Shown in pieces: positions 46,640 through 58,271 of a DNA stretch of 64,000 nucleotides; the first letter of the stretch is position 1; every line of letters starts with the position of its first letter. Position numbers and translations under genes: made by a program. The DNA comes from Schizochytrium sp. TIO01 (taxonomy: Eukaryota; Protista; Bigyra: Labyrinthulomycetes), in assembly GCA_004764695.1 (NCBI GenBank), contig SMSO01000032.1, positions 496,001 to 560,000 of the forward strand. Direction: 5' to 3'. The notes below the pieces were generated by a model. The model was given only the letters and a program-made list of their open reading frames with translations. It was not told the DNA's origin and did not search any database.

Positions 46640-49366
46640 ATGCCCTGGAAATGCGACTATTGCACCTTTGTGAACTATCGCGACTCGGCGGAGGAGTGCG
46701 AAATGTGTGGCGTGCGCCAGAAGAAACATGTTATTGTTAGTCGAGCATCGGATATCCAGCGCCTTGAAGAGGCCCAACGCACCAGCCCTCCTGAATCTTT
46801 GCAACATTTAGGTCTGCCATCGTCACAGATTCCTTCTAGTAAAGAGATTCAAACGGGATCAACATCACAATTAGGAGTATCTCAACAGCCTCCAACCGGA
46901 CAACCTAGCACACAAGCAGGTAAAGGTGTTTTGGTGGGAGCACCCATCCCCGCATCTTTATCAACCGTGAACCCAGGTTCTTCAGCAAATCCACCAAAAC
47001 CACCCCACGGTGTTTTAGCAAACGGCCAGAAGAAACCTGCATACGAAAAGGCCGATGGTAGTTTTCATTCCGAAAAGGACGAAAGAACTTTGTTGCTTGA
47101 GGAGATTCTTGCATCTGAACGCACTTATGTTGATAGCCTGTGTATTCTGGTGACACATTTCTTCCAGCCTATCGAGCGCGACGTGCGTGAGGGCAGTACA
47201 ATTATCGAAGACAAGCGTCTGCAAAGCATTTTTGCCAATGTTTCTCAGCTCATGAGTCTCAACGTTGAGCTTTTGCGCGTCATGGAAATGGAGCTCAAAA
47301 GCGCCGAAAAGAAACGGCGACAAACAAACCCCAGCGCTACGGAGGCTGGAGAGGACGATCTTGCGCAGGCAATCACCAAGGCTTTTAAAGAGATCATTCC
47401 GTATTTTAAAATGTACTCCTGGTATGTCAACAATTACCCTACAGCTATCGAGGTACTCAAGTCCGAGCAGACCTCTAATAAAAAGTTTGCCAAGTATTTA
47501 GCAGACCAGCAGTCTCACGAGATTTGCCGAGGTCTCGACCTTGGTGCTTATCTTATTATGCCTGTCCAGCGTCTGTGCAAGTACCCTCTATTGTTTGGAC
47601 GGTTATTGAAAGAGACACCGGAAGATAATGACGATTATGAAAACATCAAACAAGTCAATGAAGTTGTAAATGCCATCACTGATCTTGTTGATCTCGATCG
47701 CGACCGAGCTGAAAAATCTCTCCGTGGTTTCGAAATTGCTAATTTTCTCTCTTTAGAGGCTCTTTCGAAAAGGCTCAACCGGGATTTGCATGTACTTGAA
47801 CCCGGCCGCGTCTTCAAGGCCGAGTGGACGAGTTTGATTGCGCGATCAATGTCGAGACGTTCGACTAGCGAACCACAGAAACCACGTACTATGTTCCTAT
47901 TTTCAGACTCTCTAATTCTTGCAAAGAAGGGGTCTAAAGGATACGAAGCTCGCGTATGGATGTCGCTTGATAGCGTGATTTTAGGTGACCTTGCACCCTT
48001 TGATCCGGAAGTTAATTCACCAGCTGGAGAGGATCAGGATAGTTCGGAGCCATCGAGCCCGATGAATGCGATCCGGGCAGGGCTCACATGGACACCAAAA
48101 CTCATTGGTTCTAAGCGAGTCATTACTGCCCCGCCTACTACTAAAGAAGCATTGTCTCAGGGTCCCTTGAACCGCCGCTACTGCACATTTTCCATTATTT
48201 GTAGATCTAGCATGGCTCTTTCTAGGCTTTCGCTCTCACGGCATCGCTCGAAGAGTGAGGTGGAAACCTTTGCTTTTTTCTTTGAGAGTGATGCTCAGAG
48301 ACGCTCCGTACATGCGGAGCTTGCGAATGCGATTCGTGAGTACCAAGTCGGCCGCCCTCGCCCTCAGAGCTCGCAGAGCGTTATCATGCTTGCTGGAGCC
48401 TCTTCTGCTTCTTTTCATCAATCTAGGCGCCCGATGAGCGAAGGCTATGATGCAGAACAACGAAAGGCTCGTTCTTTATCTCCACCTCCTTTACGCATTG
48501 CTGCTAGCCTCAGAAATGGTCCCGCCACTCCGTACGAAGAAGCGGATCCCTTTCACACAGCTTTTACTACTGAAGAAGACGAAGGTGAGAATGATAGTGC
48601 ACTTGGGGACACTGAATCGGTTGATTCCCAGATCTCTGGAGCTCCAGTCTCTCGTCCCAGCAGAGCACCGCAAACCTCTCCGCTCGTAATTGGTAAGGGG
48701 ATGGCCTCCCGGGGTCAATCGACGTTGTCTTCTCCATCTTCATCAACACGAAAGCTTGCCAAACGCCCCCCTGCACCAGTTCGCCCTCCTGCACCTCAAC
48801 CTTCTGGCTCACTTCAGGTTGGGAAGAGCATTCCTTCCCCGCGGGCTTCAGATAACGGCGGCCGCAAGCGCGTTGGTGGGAGCTCACGCCCTGCTGCGCC
48901 AGGCCGTGGTGGTAGCCTTGGATCATTACCGACAATGTCTCGACCAGTTGCACCTACGAAATCTAATAAGCAGTCTGGAACTCAGAATGGTAGAAAACCT
49001 CGACCCATAGCACCAACCAAAGCTCAGGCAAAATCCAAACAAGAGTATACCAATCCAGCAAGCGGAGATTTGCGTGCGATCTCTTCGCCAGACTGGAGTT
49101 CTACACATGGAGACGATGTGGATTTCCGTACAGCTACTCCTGAATTTCAAGAAACTGATTCTCGCAGCCGGACAAATGACTCTGCTGTAAGCATTCGATC
49201 CACAAAACCTGTTCACATTGTACAGCGCCCCCCGGCACTAGCCTTGTGTCCTTCTAATACTTCAGTTCCGGGTAGCGATATGCAAGCTAAACTTGTGGAC
49301 AAATGGTTTGGAGATGATAGCGAGTCTGACGCAAGCAGCGGTGACTCTACACCGAATGGCATGTAA
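46640..49366 (+). CDS. Dbl-family RhoGEF (DH-PH) with N-terminal RanBP2/NZF zinc finger and Pro/Ser-rich tail
   Basis: WKCDYCTFVNYRDSAEECEMC (NZF). DH signatures EEILASERTYVDSL, IFANV, FKMYSWYVNNY and LGAYLIMPVQRLCKYPLLF. PH element RTMFLFSDSLILAKK. Intact 908-aa ORF; ccaagATG context. Confidence 0.93.
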   Translation: MPWKCDYCTFVNYRDSAEECEMCGVRQKKHVIVSRASDIQRLEEAQRTSPPESLQHLGLPSSQIPSSKEIQTGSTSQLGVSQQPPTGQPSTQAGKGVLVGAPIPASLSTVNPGSSANPPKPPHGVLANGQKKPAYEKADGSFHSEKDERTLLLEEILASERTYVDSLCILVTHFFQPIERDVREGSTIIEDKRLQSIFANVSQLMSLNVELLRVMEMELKSAEKKRRQTNPSATEAGEDDLAQAITKAFKEIIPYFKMYSWYVNNYPTAIEVLKSEQTSNKKFAKYLADQQSHEICRGLDLGAYLIMPVQRLCKYPLLFGRLLKETPEDNDDYENIKQVNEVVNAITDLVDLDRDRAEKSLRGFEIANFLSLEALSKRLNRDLHVLEPGRVFKAEWTSLIARSMSRRSTSEPQKPRTMFLFSDSLILAKKGSKGYEARVWMSLDSVILGDLAPFDPEVNSPAGEDQDSSEPSSPMNAIRAGLTWTPKLIGSKRVITAPPTTKEALSQGPLNRRYCTFSIICRSSMALSRLSLSRHRSKSEVETFAFFFESDAQRRSVHAELANAIREYQVGRPRPQSSQSVIMLAGASSASFHQSRRPMSEGYDAEQRKARSLSPPPLRIAASLRNGPATPYEEADPFHTAFTTEEDEGENDSALGDTESVDSQISGAPVSRPSRAPQTSPLVIGKGMASRGQSTLSSPSSSTRKLAKRPPAPVRPPAPQPSGSLQVGKSIPSPRASDNGGRKRVGGSSRPAAPGRGGSLGSLPTMSRPVAPTKSNKQSGTQNGRKPRPIAPTKAQAKSKQEYTNPASGDLRAISSPDWSSTHGDDVDFRTATPEFQETDSRSRTNDSAVSIRSTKPVHIVQRPPALALCPSNTSVPGSDMQAKLVDKWFGDDSESDASSGDSTPNGM

Positions 49367-50143
49367 ATCTAGAACGCTTCGCTTGACTTTCTGCTTCAAA
49401 CCTTGATCGTCACTTGGTCGTGTGGCCGTTATCTCATCTTTCAGCACAGATCCATTGCGATCACATGCTATTCTCTCGCGTTTTTATATCTTCTCTGTTA
49501 GAAGTGTTGCTTTAAATTGTTCAAAACTTTGTTTTACATTCCTTCCTTATTCGTATCTCGATTCTTTTTGGTAATGAAATTCTTTATTGATCTTGTATGC
49601 AGAAGCAAAAACGCCGAGGTTATTATTGCACAGTATGATCTTCGACATCAGCTTTTATTCTCAGGCTCGATTTGATTCTGGGTTACTGAGAAAAGTTCTG
49701 ATTGAGTTTCATATTCTGTCATCAGTAAGACTACCTCACGAGAAAGCAACAACATATAGCTTTTTTATTCACGAACCTCTTGAAAGTCACAAAGTGGATT
49801 TTATAAAACGCTACGAAACATACATTTAAATTGATGGAATTACATCTCTTTATTAAAGGTAAGGTGGCATACTTGTTTTTCTTGCGTGAGAGACCTACCC
49901 AAGGGAGTCGCACTAATTACATGCGTAATCCATCGATTGTGAAAGTGAAAGTTTATCATCCACGCAAACTACTTCGTGCAAATGCTTGTTTTCATTCACT
50001 TTCAAAAGGAAAAACTCCCACGTTTGAGAATTGGCATCGAGATTGAGTGCAAGATACAGAGAGTGTTCAGATTTTATGTGTTCTCTCAGTGGTAGGAAAC
50101 TCAGTGATATAGGCAATCAATAGTTCATTCCAAGAAAGGTCGA

Positions 50144-51358
50144 TTACCAGTTGACAGATGGAAGCGGGGTGGTACCCGCAAACGCAGCATTGAAGGGGCT
50201 CTTGGAGCACTGCGATGTGGTGTACAGCTCAGCGGCTGAGTAACCGAATACGGCACTTTCCACGGACCAGAAGATATTGCAAGTCAGGTAGTCACGATAC
50301 TGCGCAGTCATACTAGACCTTGCAGAAGCAAGCATCTTTCCTTGAGGATCAGCGAATGGGAAAACAGTGGCATCTGGCTGGCTGCATGTGTCAAGATTGT
50401 AAGCCCGAGAAAGAACTGACTGGACCTTGCTAACACCCTCGGCAGTGGCCAAAGCCTCCAGCTTCAAATACGAGATGTGGGGCACCCACTGGGTCATGTT
50501 TGCATAGTTGAGCATCTTGAATTTACGAAGCTCGAGAACATTGCGCAAGGGCAAATGGGTGACTGGGTTAGTTTCATAGACAGGGTCCATAAAGCGAGAG
50601 CGGGTCTCAGAGCCCAAAAAGGTGTTGCGGCTTTGGCGGCAAGGACGTACCTCACCAGCGACATATTTGGCTTGACATTTAACACCAGGCGTAGTGGAGA
50701 GCTCCTTATCCATAATAGAGGTCTTTGTTGTCCACAGACGCGAGACGAAGCGGCGCCAGTCATGTTTCTTAATTCGGTGGGCAGGTGCGAAGACTGGGTT
50801 ACGCTGCATGAGCAAAGTCCAGTCGTATGGGTTACGGAGAACAACCACTACAAGAACCTCCTCAAGGTCAATTTCTGGATCGAGAATACGCTCATCCTGA
50901 AACCAGTACTTGCTACGCACGAAGCCAGACCCAACCGTAACGTTCGGGAAGATCTTGCTCAGTAGCTCTACCACGCCATCAACACCAGAGTTACGCTCGC
51001 CAACCACACGGACATATTTAAGCTTGCTCTCACCGATCACAGGTGTAAGTTCACATTGCCAGGAGGTCTTGCGCTTGCTACGGAGCCACTTTCGGGGTAC
51101 CATTGCGCTCTTGTCGATCAAGCTTTCTGGGAGAGCCGAGACCTCGCTCAAGTCGGAATCTGATGGAGACCAGCTTTGCTCAGAGAAAGCTTGGACACCA
51201 AGCATTGTCAGCAGCAGAGGAAGGCATGACAGAAGTAGTCCAAGCTTTACAAACCAATGCTCGCGAGCATGTTTGGCATTCACATACCTAAACTCGGATC
51301 CTGGTTTCATGAGACCCATCGATACACAGCCTCGATCAAGGCAGTCCGTTGTGGCCAT
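50144..51358 (-). CDS. Type II membrane sulfotransferase-like protein (GERNSG family)
   Basis: Hydrophobic anchor near aa 35-58, VRVVGERNSG (5'-PSB-like loop), KYWF and VVVVLRNPYDW (3'-PB-like); intact 404-aa ORF. Confidence 0.7.
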   Translation of the reverse strand: MATTDCLDRGCVSMGLMKPGSEFRYVNAKHAREHWFVKLGLLLSCLPLLLTMLGVQAFSEQSWSPSDSDLSEVSALPESLIDKSAMVPRKWLRSKRKTSWQCELTPVIGESKLKYVRVVGERNSGVDGVVELLSKIFPNVTVGSGFVRSKYWFQDERILDPEIDLEEVLVVVVLRNPYDWTLLMQRNPVFAPAHRIKKHDWRRFVSRLWTTKTSIMDKELSTTPGVKCQAKYVAGEVRPCRQSRNTFLGSETRSRFMDPVYETNPVTHLPLRNVLELRKFKMLNYANMTQWVPHISYLKLEALATAEGVSKVQSVLSRAYNLDTCSQPDATVFPFADPQGKMLASARSSMTAQYRDYLTCNIFWSVESAVFGYSAAELYTTSQCSKSPFNAAFAGTTPLPSVNW

Positions 51359-54300
51359 TTTTGCTCAAGCTATCTCAGAGCTACTCTGGGAGTGGGCTAG
51401 TCTTATATATGGCGTCGAGACACGCGAATATTGGAGCTTCAGTCCACTAGATGAAGATCTTCGGTAGCACGATATTGCCCAATTCACTCAATTTTATGAC
51501 TCGGCTTGATCAATCTCAGACCTAAAAAATGAGTCCTACACCTCGCAAAGCAAGGTTGCGTGTATCTAAGCCGAAGGTTGACTTTGGCGCTCCTTCCGTA
51601 TCGTTCTTTCTTAATCTCAACAGTATCTCTTGCCCTTCTAAGAAGGCAAGATCGCCAAGCGCACCGGCTTCAGAGGGTCAATGCGAGCAGCTGGAGGCCG
51701 TCTCAAGCACAGCGAAAACGGGGATAGGCTCGATGAGGGCCCAGCTAGGGTAACCAACGAATCAGGATTCTCCCTCAAGCCTCGCTCGCCACACAGTCGC
51801 GGCGGCGCGACGTTGCGAAGGGACGGCTCTGCAGCTCTCTTCAAATGCTTGCTTGCATCTCGCTCTCTATTGTACATGTCGTCTGTCTTTCTGCGTAGTA
51901 TATAGCTTCTATAAGTCTCTTTGTATAGTTTTAACCTACTGTTACTGGGAACTTTATACTATGAAGTATAGCGTTTACCTTTCAGCCATTTTCCTCACCT
52001 TTGTCGTATCAAGAAGACGGCGCGTGATCAAGGGGCCCCATGGTTCGTTAGTTCTTTTGTTGCCGATGTTGGGACTTGCATGACCGTAGCATATTGGTTT
52101 GGGTCTATTATTTAGATCAAGCGGTTGTCAATGATAAATAGTTTAGATGTTGCAGCATGGATAGTCCGGGTGGGCCGGAGCAAAATCCTTTAAGGCCGGT
52201 TAGGTTTAGTTACGGGCTGTAGTACTCGAATGACCTGGATTAGCTTTGGAAAGCTGTGAATTTAGGGTGCAGAACTGATTTCATGGTTTAGATTACTTTA
52301 TGTTGAGTAAATTCCAGGTAATCTTTTGCAAGGCCAGGTCACTGAGGCAGCTCTTGCTTCGCTAAAGGTAAGTGAACACATTGTTTCGATTCTGACAGTA
52401 AATAGCTGTGTTATTGCTGGTACGGAACAGAAGCAATTTCTCTCTTCAATTCACGGTGACCGTGTTTTAATAACCCTTATATAAGCTCAGAAGACTCGCA
52501 TTACTTATATGGTGCGCAGGTTAATACTTTGGGTCATTTGCTTGGAAATTGTAATCCATTATTTACATAAAATTGTCATCCACAGTTCAGGTATTTGGAA
52601 ACAAAATACTTACGAGCTGGCGAATTTTCTAATGTTTCCTTTGTATACAAGGTCTAGGTCTATCATTTCTCTTTACGACTTTGGTGCATATTTTCGCACG
52701 GGGCAGCTACGCTTTGTTATGGACACACAAACAAACAAGTGTTCACTTATTTGTCCAAAGTTTCTTTGATTTTTCAAGGCGACTAAAGGTACACAAAAAG
52801 TTCACAGCAACTCTGATTGATTTGCCCTAGCTCAAGAATTTAAGCTTATCAAAAAGGTGATGATTCAAAAAGTTCAAAAGATTCAAAAAGTAGAGAAAAA
52901 CAGCTCAAGTTCCTAAAACGAACTTTCGTGTATGAAACTAAATTATAAAATCATCAATTCCTGTTTGTAGACGCCCGGTGGTGCCGACAGCACCAACGCA
53001 GGTCATCATCCACCAGACTAAAGTTATTGATTCGTGCCGACTCGGAGGATTACTCTATGCCGTTCAGGCAAGGTGCAAAAAACACATATTCAGAGCTCAA
53101 CTCTCGATTTGTAGGAAATATCAGCAATTCCATAACAATCACCTATAGGCGAAGGTAAATGAGTGGGTTTAGCCTTCGTAATGAGGATGTCAACCTTCAA
53201 GAAACCACGAAACATCTCTCACAGGTTCTAGCCGGTAGCGGGCCAACTCGAGTGGCTGGGTTTCATTTGAGCGTATTTGCAGCATACAGGCTGCCTCTGG
53301 GTAAGTAAGTATGACCTAAGCTGTATCTATCACGAATTAAGGTAACGGAGAAAACCAATTAAATTACCAATAAGGCTCGTTAGCTATTTTGAAAGTATTG
53401 GAAGATGAAGAAGAATTTGTCCCACGAGATTATTTCCAAAAGTGAAATGCAAGATTACTTCTTTTGGGGCTTCAGGTTGCTGCAACCCATGCGATGTTTT
53501 CGAGTGCCTAGTAGATTATACTATCTTTCATGAGGCTTTTGAGGATGTTCACGCTATTGCACAATGTATGTTTGCGATATACTATTGATATGCATTCGCG
53601 CGGAATGTCGAGGAAACTGTCAATCGCAGAGATATGCACGATTGGTACTTCAGCTTTAAAAATCAACATGAAACGTCAACTTTACGCATAGGATAAGATC
53701 TTACTTCTTGAAATGCTGATTTCTTTCGTTTGGGCTAGGATGGAAAACAGTACATTATAATTTGTAAAAGTTTTAGTTATCAATCGCCTTTCCAATAACC
53801 GAGGGAAAAGAAGAGATCGTTAACCAAACCAACAAACGAGAAAAAACTATTTTTGGCATTAAAAACCATAAAACAAAACACAAAACAACGAAGAGAGGCA
53901 GGAAAACTTGTTGCTGTTCGAAGTAGCGCTGCAAGCAAGTGTCCCGCGAAACAGACGTCCTTTATTCTCTTCACATGTTCAACTCTTTCTACAGAAACAA
54001 ATCAACATGCTAGTTTTGCCTAGGAAACAAAAAATGGTGTGCCACAGAAGTATGGTCTCCTTTTCCACAAAGTTGTTAAAATGAAGTCTACACTGGTACC
54101 ATGTCATGTAAGAAACAAGTTTCCACTACAAATATTTGAAGGTCCATTGCTCATTTATTACTTTGTACTTCATCAATTTAATCTTCATTTTTTAAATATA
54201 AAAATATACACATATGAAATTAAAAAAAATGAAGGCTGAGCAGATTGGCCCGTTTCCTACAGTTACACCTTTTCTGGCTTCTTCGAAATCCCATTAAGCA

Positions 54301-57300
54301 CGATATGCAATTGCCTGATGCCTTGGCACCAATTGCCTTGAACGTCCGGCGATGCCCTGTTCGAACTAAGTTGTCTTTCGTGCGCGTGTTTGGGAAGGAA
54401 CAAGGTAATCTAATTTTTATAAATGCCCGAGCAATGAGTGAGAAGAATAGTCAGTCTTAAATAAATAAAATTATATTTATAATAATAGTTATTGCATATA
54501 GTATAATAATAAAATCCTTTGGAGTGAATTTATATAATGATTAAATATATATTTATATGAACTATATTGATTAAATTCAAGACTTAAAAAAGAAAAAAAA
54601 GAAAAAAAAAGAAGCAATCAAGCAAGTTGCTGGGTGGCTGCCGTAATCGACATGTAAACTAAATACTGCATCACCTGTTTTCCTTACCTCCATAACCATG
54701 GCGCATGCTCAGCTCCGTCAGGTTCTCGCTCACTCCCCAGAGAAAACGAAGCAACCAGTTGTGCCAGCGACCAACTTGAGGACTTTGGTCAATCGAGGAT
54801 GACTCCCGTCATAATTCCTGCCGCCGTCGACCAAAAGTGTGAGGCAACTTCCTGAATGCCGTGAGCGAAGGTGCTTAATCTCTCATCTGGCCTGCTAGTG
54901 CACTTGTAGTGGTAGTATCATTATGTCTCCCTGTAATTCATAGCAAGCAAGAGAGCAAGCAAGCAAGCGAGCAAGTGAGTTCGCTGTTATCGCTGGTACA
55001 ATGCTTGCTTCGGCTAGATTGAACAGCCTCGGATGGCCTTCGTTCTAGCTCACCATTCCACTGCAGAGTCAAGATCAATCAATTCCTGAGGCCAATTACT
55101 GAGATCATTTCCGGCTGTTCAGAATGAATGAATGAATGGATGGATGGATGGATATCACTTCGCTCCCTCATTCTTATGACGAATCGTCGCTCCTCTGCAC
55201 AACTTTCGCTCTGGGGAATAAATGCCTTCGACTCCTCACTGCCTGCAGGCGTTTCAATCAAGAGTTGTTTCATAAGCAGCTGTTCGGCTGGCACTCACAA
55301 TTGTCGCGGGATCTCAATACACCGCCATTACAGCGCTCGGGTTTGTGCATCAAAACTCGGCCAGTGGAGCGGAAAGTCAACTATCTCTTCGCCCTCTTTC
55401 GCTGGAGATTGTCTGTCTAATCTACTGGCCAGAATGCGAAAGTAATTCAGGATAATTCATGCATCGCTGGCAGTTCAACTTGAACTGCTGTCTGCCCAAA
55501 ATATGTTAGTCGGCACCACAGCGACCGCGACTTCTGGAATCGATTTGGTGGGCCACATGAGCGGCTTCTGCCAATTTTGTGAGGTTTCTGGCAGTTCCTG
55601 CCAAGCCCAGGCACTCGTGATACCTAAGCTGCTGCTGTGTATGCTAATTGAGCAATTCTCGTACGGGTTTAAGCATGTGCTCATCACGGCGACGGCCATT
55701 CATCGTGGCGGTCGGTCATCATCATCGTCTCCATCGCTGTTACCATCCCTCGTGTCTTGACTCCACCTCCGCGTGTTATTCAACCTTCGCTTCGCACTCG
55801 GGCGAACAAATAAAAACACGATCCACAAAAACAAGTTTTCCAAGGCCGCCATGCCACGCCCGTTTGCGTGTGGAGCTACTGCTCGCGGGTGCTCGTGGCG
55901 GCGGAGACATCGTGGGCGAGGGAAAGAAAAGGTACGCCATGCGCCCGTGCACGAGTTGACTTCAACGCCTCGTCCATCGAGCGAGTGCCTTGCCTGGCGA
56001 ACAGCGCTGAGGTCACTACGACCTGCGAGTTCTTCTTGTGCAAGAATCGGGACGATTGCCTTCCTTCCTTCCTTTGCCTTGGAGCGGCCTTCGAGCATTT
56101 CGCGACACTTCGTGCCGCACGCCCAGGGCCAAGAGGCCCACGGAGTGAGGGAGGGAGGGAGAGAGGTCCCTGCTACTGCGTCGTCGAGGAGGCCAACCTC
56201 TTCAACGTGCTCGCCATTGAGGTCAGCACATTTGGCCCACGAAATTTAGCTCCTACAGAGCACTTTTGCTTCCGTGTTGGCACCACAAGAATCATTCATT
56301 TCGATCGCTACAAAAGGCGCACTTTCGGGAACCCGCGCACACAGGATGAATGGATTGAGATCTGATCTTCAACTCCAAGATCTTCAACTTCAACTTGCCG
56401 GCTCTGCCAACCATCGGCGCCTCTTTGGAGTTGGTCTCGAAGCTGGACGCTGGAGAAGATCTTCGATTGAATTTTCTCTGCGACCTCTCGAGGCTTGAGG
56501 CGGCTCCTAAACGAACACGATGGCGCCCGAGTTCTTGGCTTTCTCGCGGATTTGCAATTCTTGGGCGAACGTATTGCACGTGTCAATCAACAGTAAGTAA
56601 GTAAGGAAGTAGTCTGGCACACCCTGCCTGGAGACATGGTGTTTGAGGGATTGGGAAAGATCAAAGAGCTCTCAACAAAACACAGACGAAACGAGGGAGG
56701 GATTCGACTGCCTCTTAGAATTTGTTTACGCTGCTGTTTTCGGGGCGAATAATAGACACTATCACATTATCCTCAAAGAACTCCTACTACCACATAAGTC
56801 GGTACACTCGCTCCTCGTATTTGTAGGCCTCCTTGAAAACATCATGTTGATTGATTATCCATTTCCCCTGAGAGTTCAGGCACACACTCGCACATCCACT
56901 GCGAATTCCGCAGACCACCTCGCCAGCTTACCAACGATTCTTACAGCATTAGTTCACAAACCCTCTGCACTTCCCTGCCGCCCCTCAACCTTTCAGCGTA
57001 TTGATTCATGTCTATCAATCTGAAGATCGTCTTCTCCTACCTCGAAGCCCAGTCCTCTCAACTCCCACGAGGGTGTGTGCCTTCCTTCCGGTCACTCTTG
57101 ACGACGGGGGCATCAGGCGCACCCTGCCCTCCCTCGGGCCCGCGCCCCTTCTTTTCTTCCCTTTTCTCGTGGGCCATCTTCTGAGGTGACCTTTACTTTC
57201 TTCCACAATGCCCCTTTCTTCCTTTGGCCCGCAAACCGGAGCTTGTATCTGTGCTTATCCTTTTAATACAGGTTTAACCAGCTCGTCGCAATGCTCGTGC

Positions 57301-57607
57301 TGCTGTCGAAGGCCCGCTGCTGGGAGGAAAAGGCTCTCCGGAGAACTTGTAGCGAAAATGGGCTGCGTTTCCGGCACGGCAGAAAACGGGCCGAAGAGCT
57401 CGCAAGCACGTAGCGCAATCGTTGAGGCGACTGGGGGCCGGTCTCGGCTCTCGAAAGTGGCGGGAGCGAAGGCAACGGAGCACCATGGGCCTGCCGAGAG
57501 CTTGCCAGCAGGCGCTTTCCTGTTGCAGCAGAGGCGGGAGCCGACAATATTGCTGGCTTGCTCACTTGCTTGCTTGCTGGGTGTGAGTGAGTTTTGTGAG
57601 TGAGAAG

Positions 57608-57838
57608 AAACAAATAAATAAACAAACAAACAAACAAACAAACAAACAAATAAACAAACAAACAAATAAACAAACAAACAAATAAACAAACAAACAAAGT
57701 CGATGAAAACTTTCTCAATATGAGCAGCAAAAACAGTTTGGTTTAGATCGAACACAAAAGGAGAGAGAATGAGGAAAGGTAGTTTTATGTATTGATGTGT
57801 TTGTTTGTTTATTTGTTTGTTTGTTTATTTATTTGTTT
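57608..57838. repeat. Inverted pair of AAAC/AAAT arrays (57608-57698 and 57799-57838) around a 100-bp spacer
   Basis: Left arm has 22 units and right arm 10 units in the opposite orientation. Confidence 0.85.
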
Positions 57839-58210
57839 ATTGTTTTAAAATTAAAACGCATTTTTTCCAGGGAAGATCGTCCTTTCGAGATAACTCTTTG
57901 TTGAAAGCAGAACAAGGAGAGGTAGGAAACGAAACCTGCTTTTTTATTTTTGTTTTTATTTTTAAATAAATAAATAAAATGATAAATTTAGAAACAAACA
58001 ACATAAATTAAAAACAAATTAGAAACCTCAGTATCTAAAAATTCATTTTCTCGTTTCGCTTGCTCCTTCCCATTCCTGATCAGAAGATGCCATGTACAAC
58101 ATCATAAGCCGGGGGTCGCTAAACACACCAAAACAAACATGGGTGATATTGGCGGCAGTTCCCCCCTTACTTCAAAATAAATTACAAATGCACATCAAAA
58201 ATAAAAAATG

Positions 58211-58212
58211 AT

Positions 58213-58271
<59 letters not shown>
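58211..58271. repeat. (ATTT)n microsatellite
   Basis: About 15 units with one extra T. Confidence 0.95.

Noticed and set aside
50477-51467. 162-aa and 185-aa + strand ORFs
   Set aside because: Antisense shadows of the sulfotransferase-like gene.
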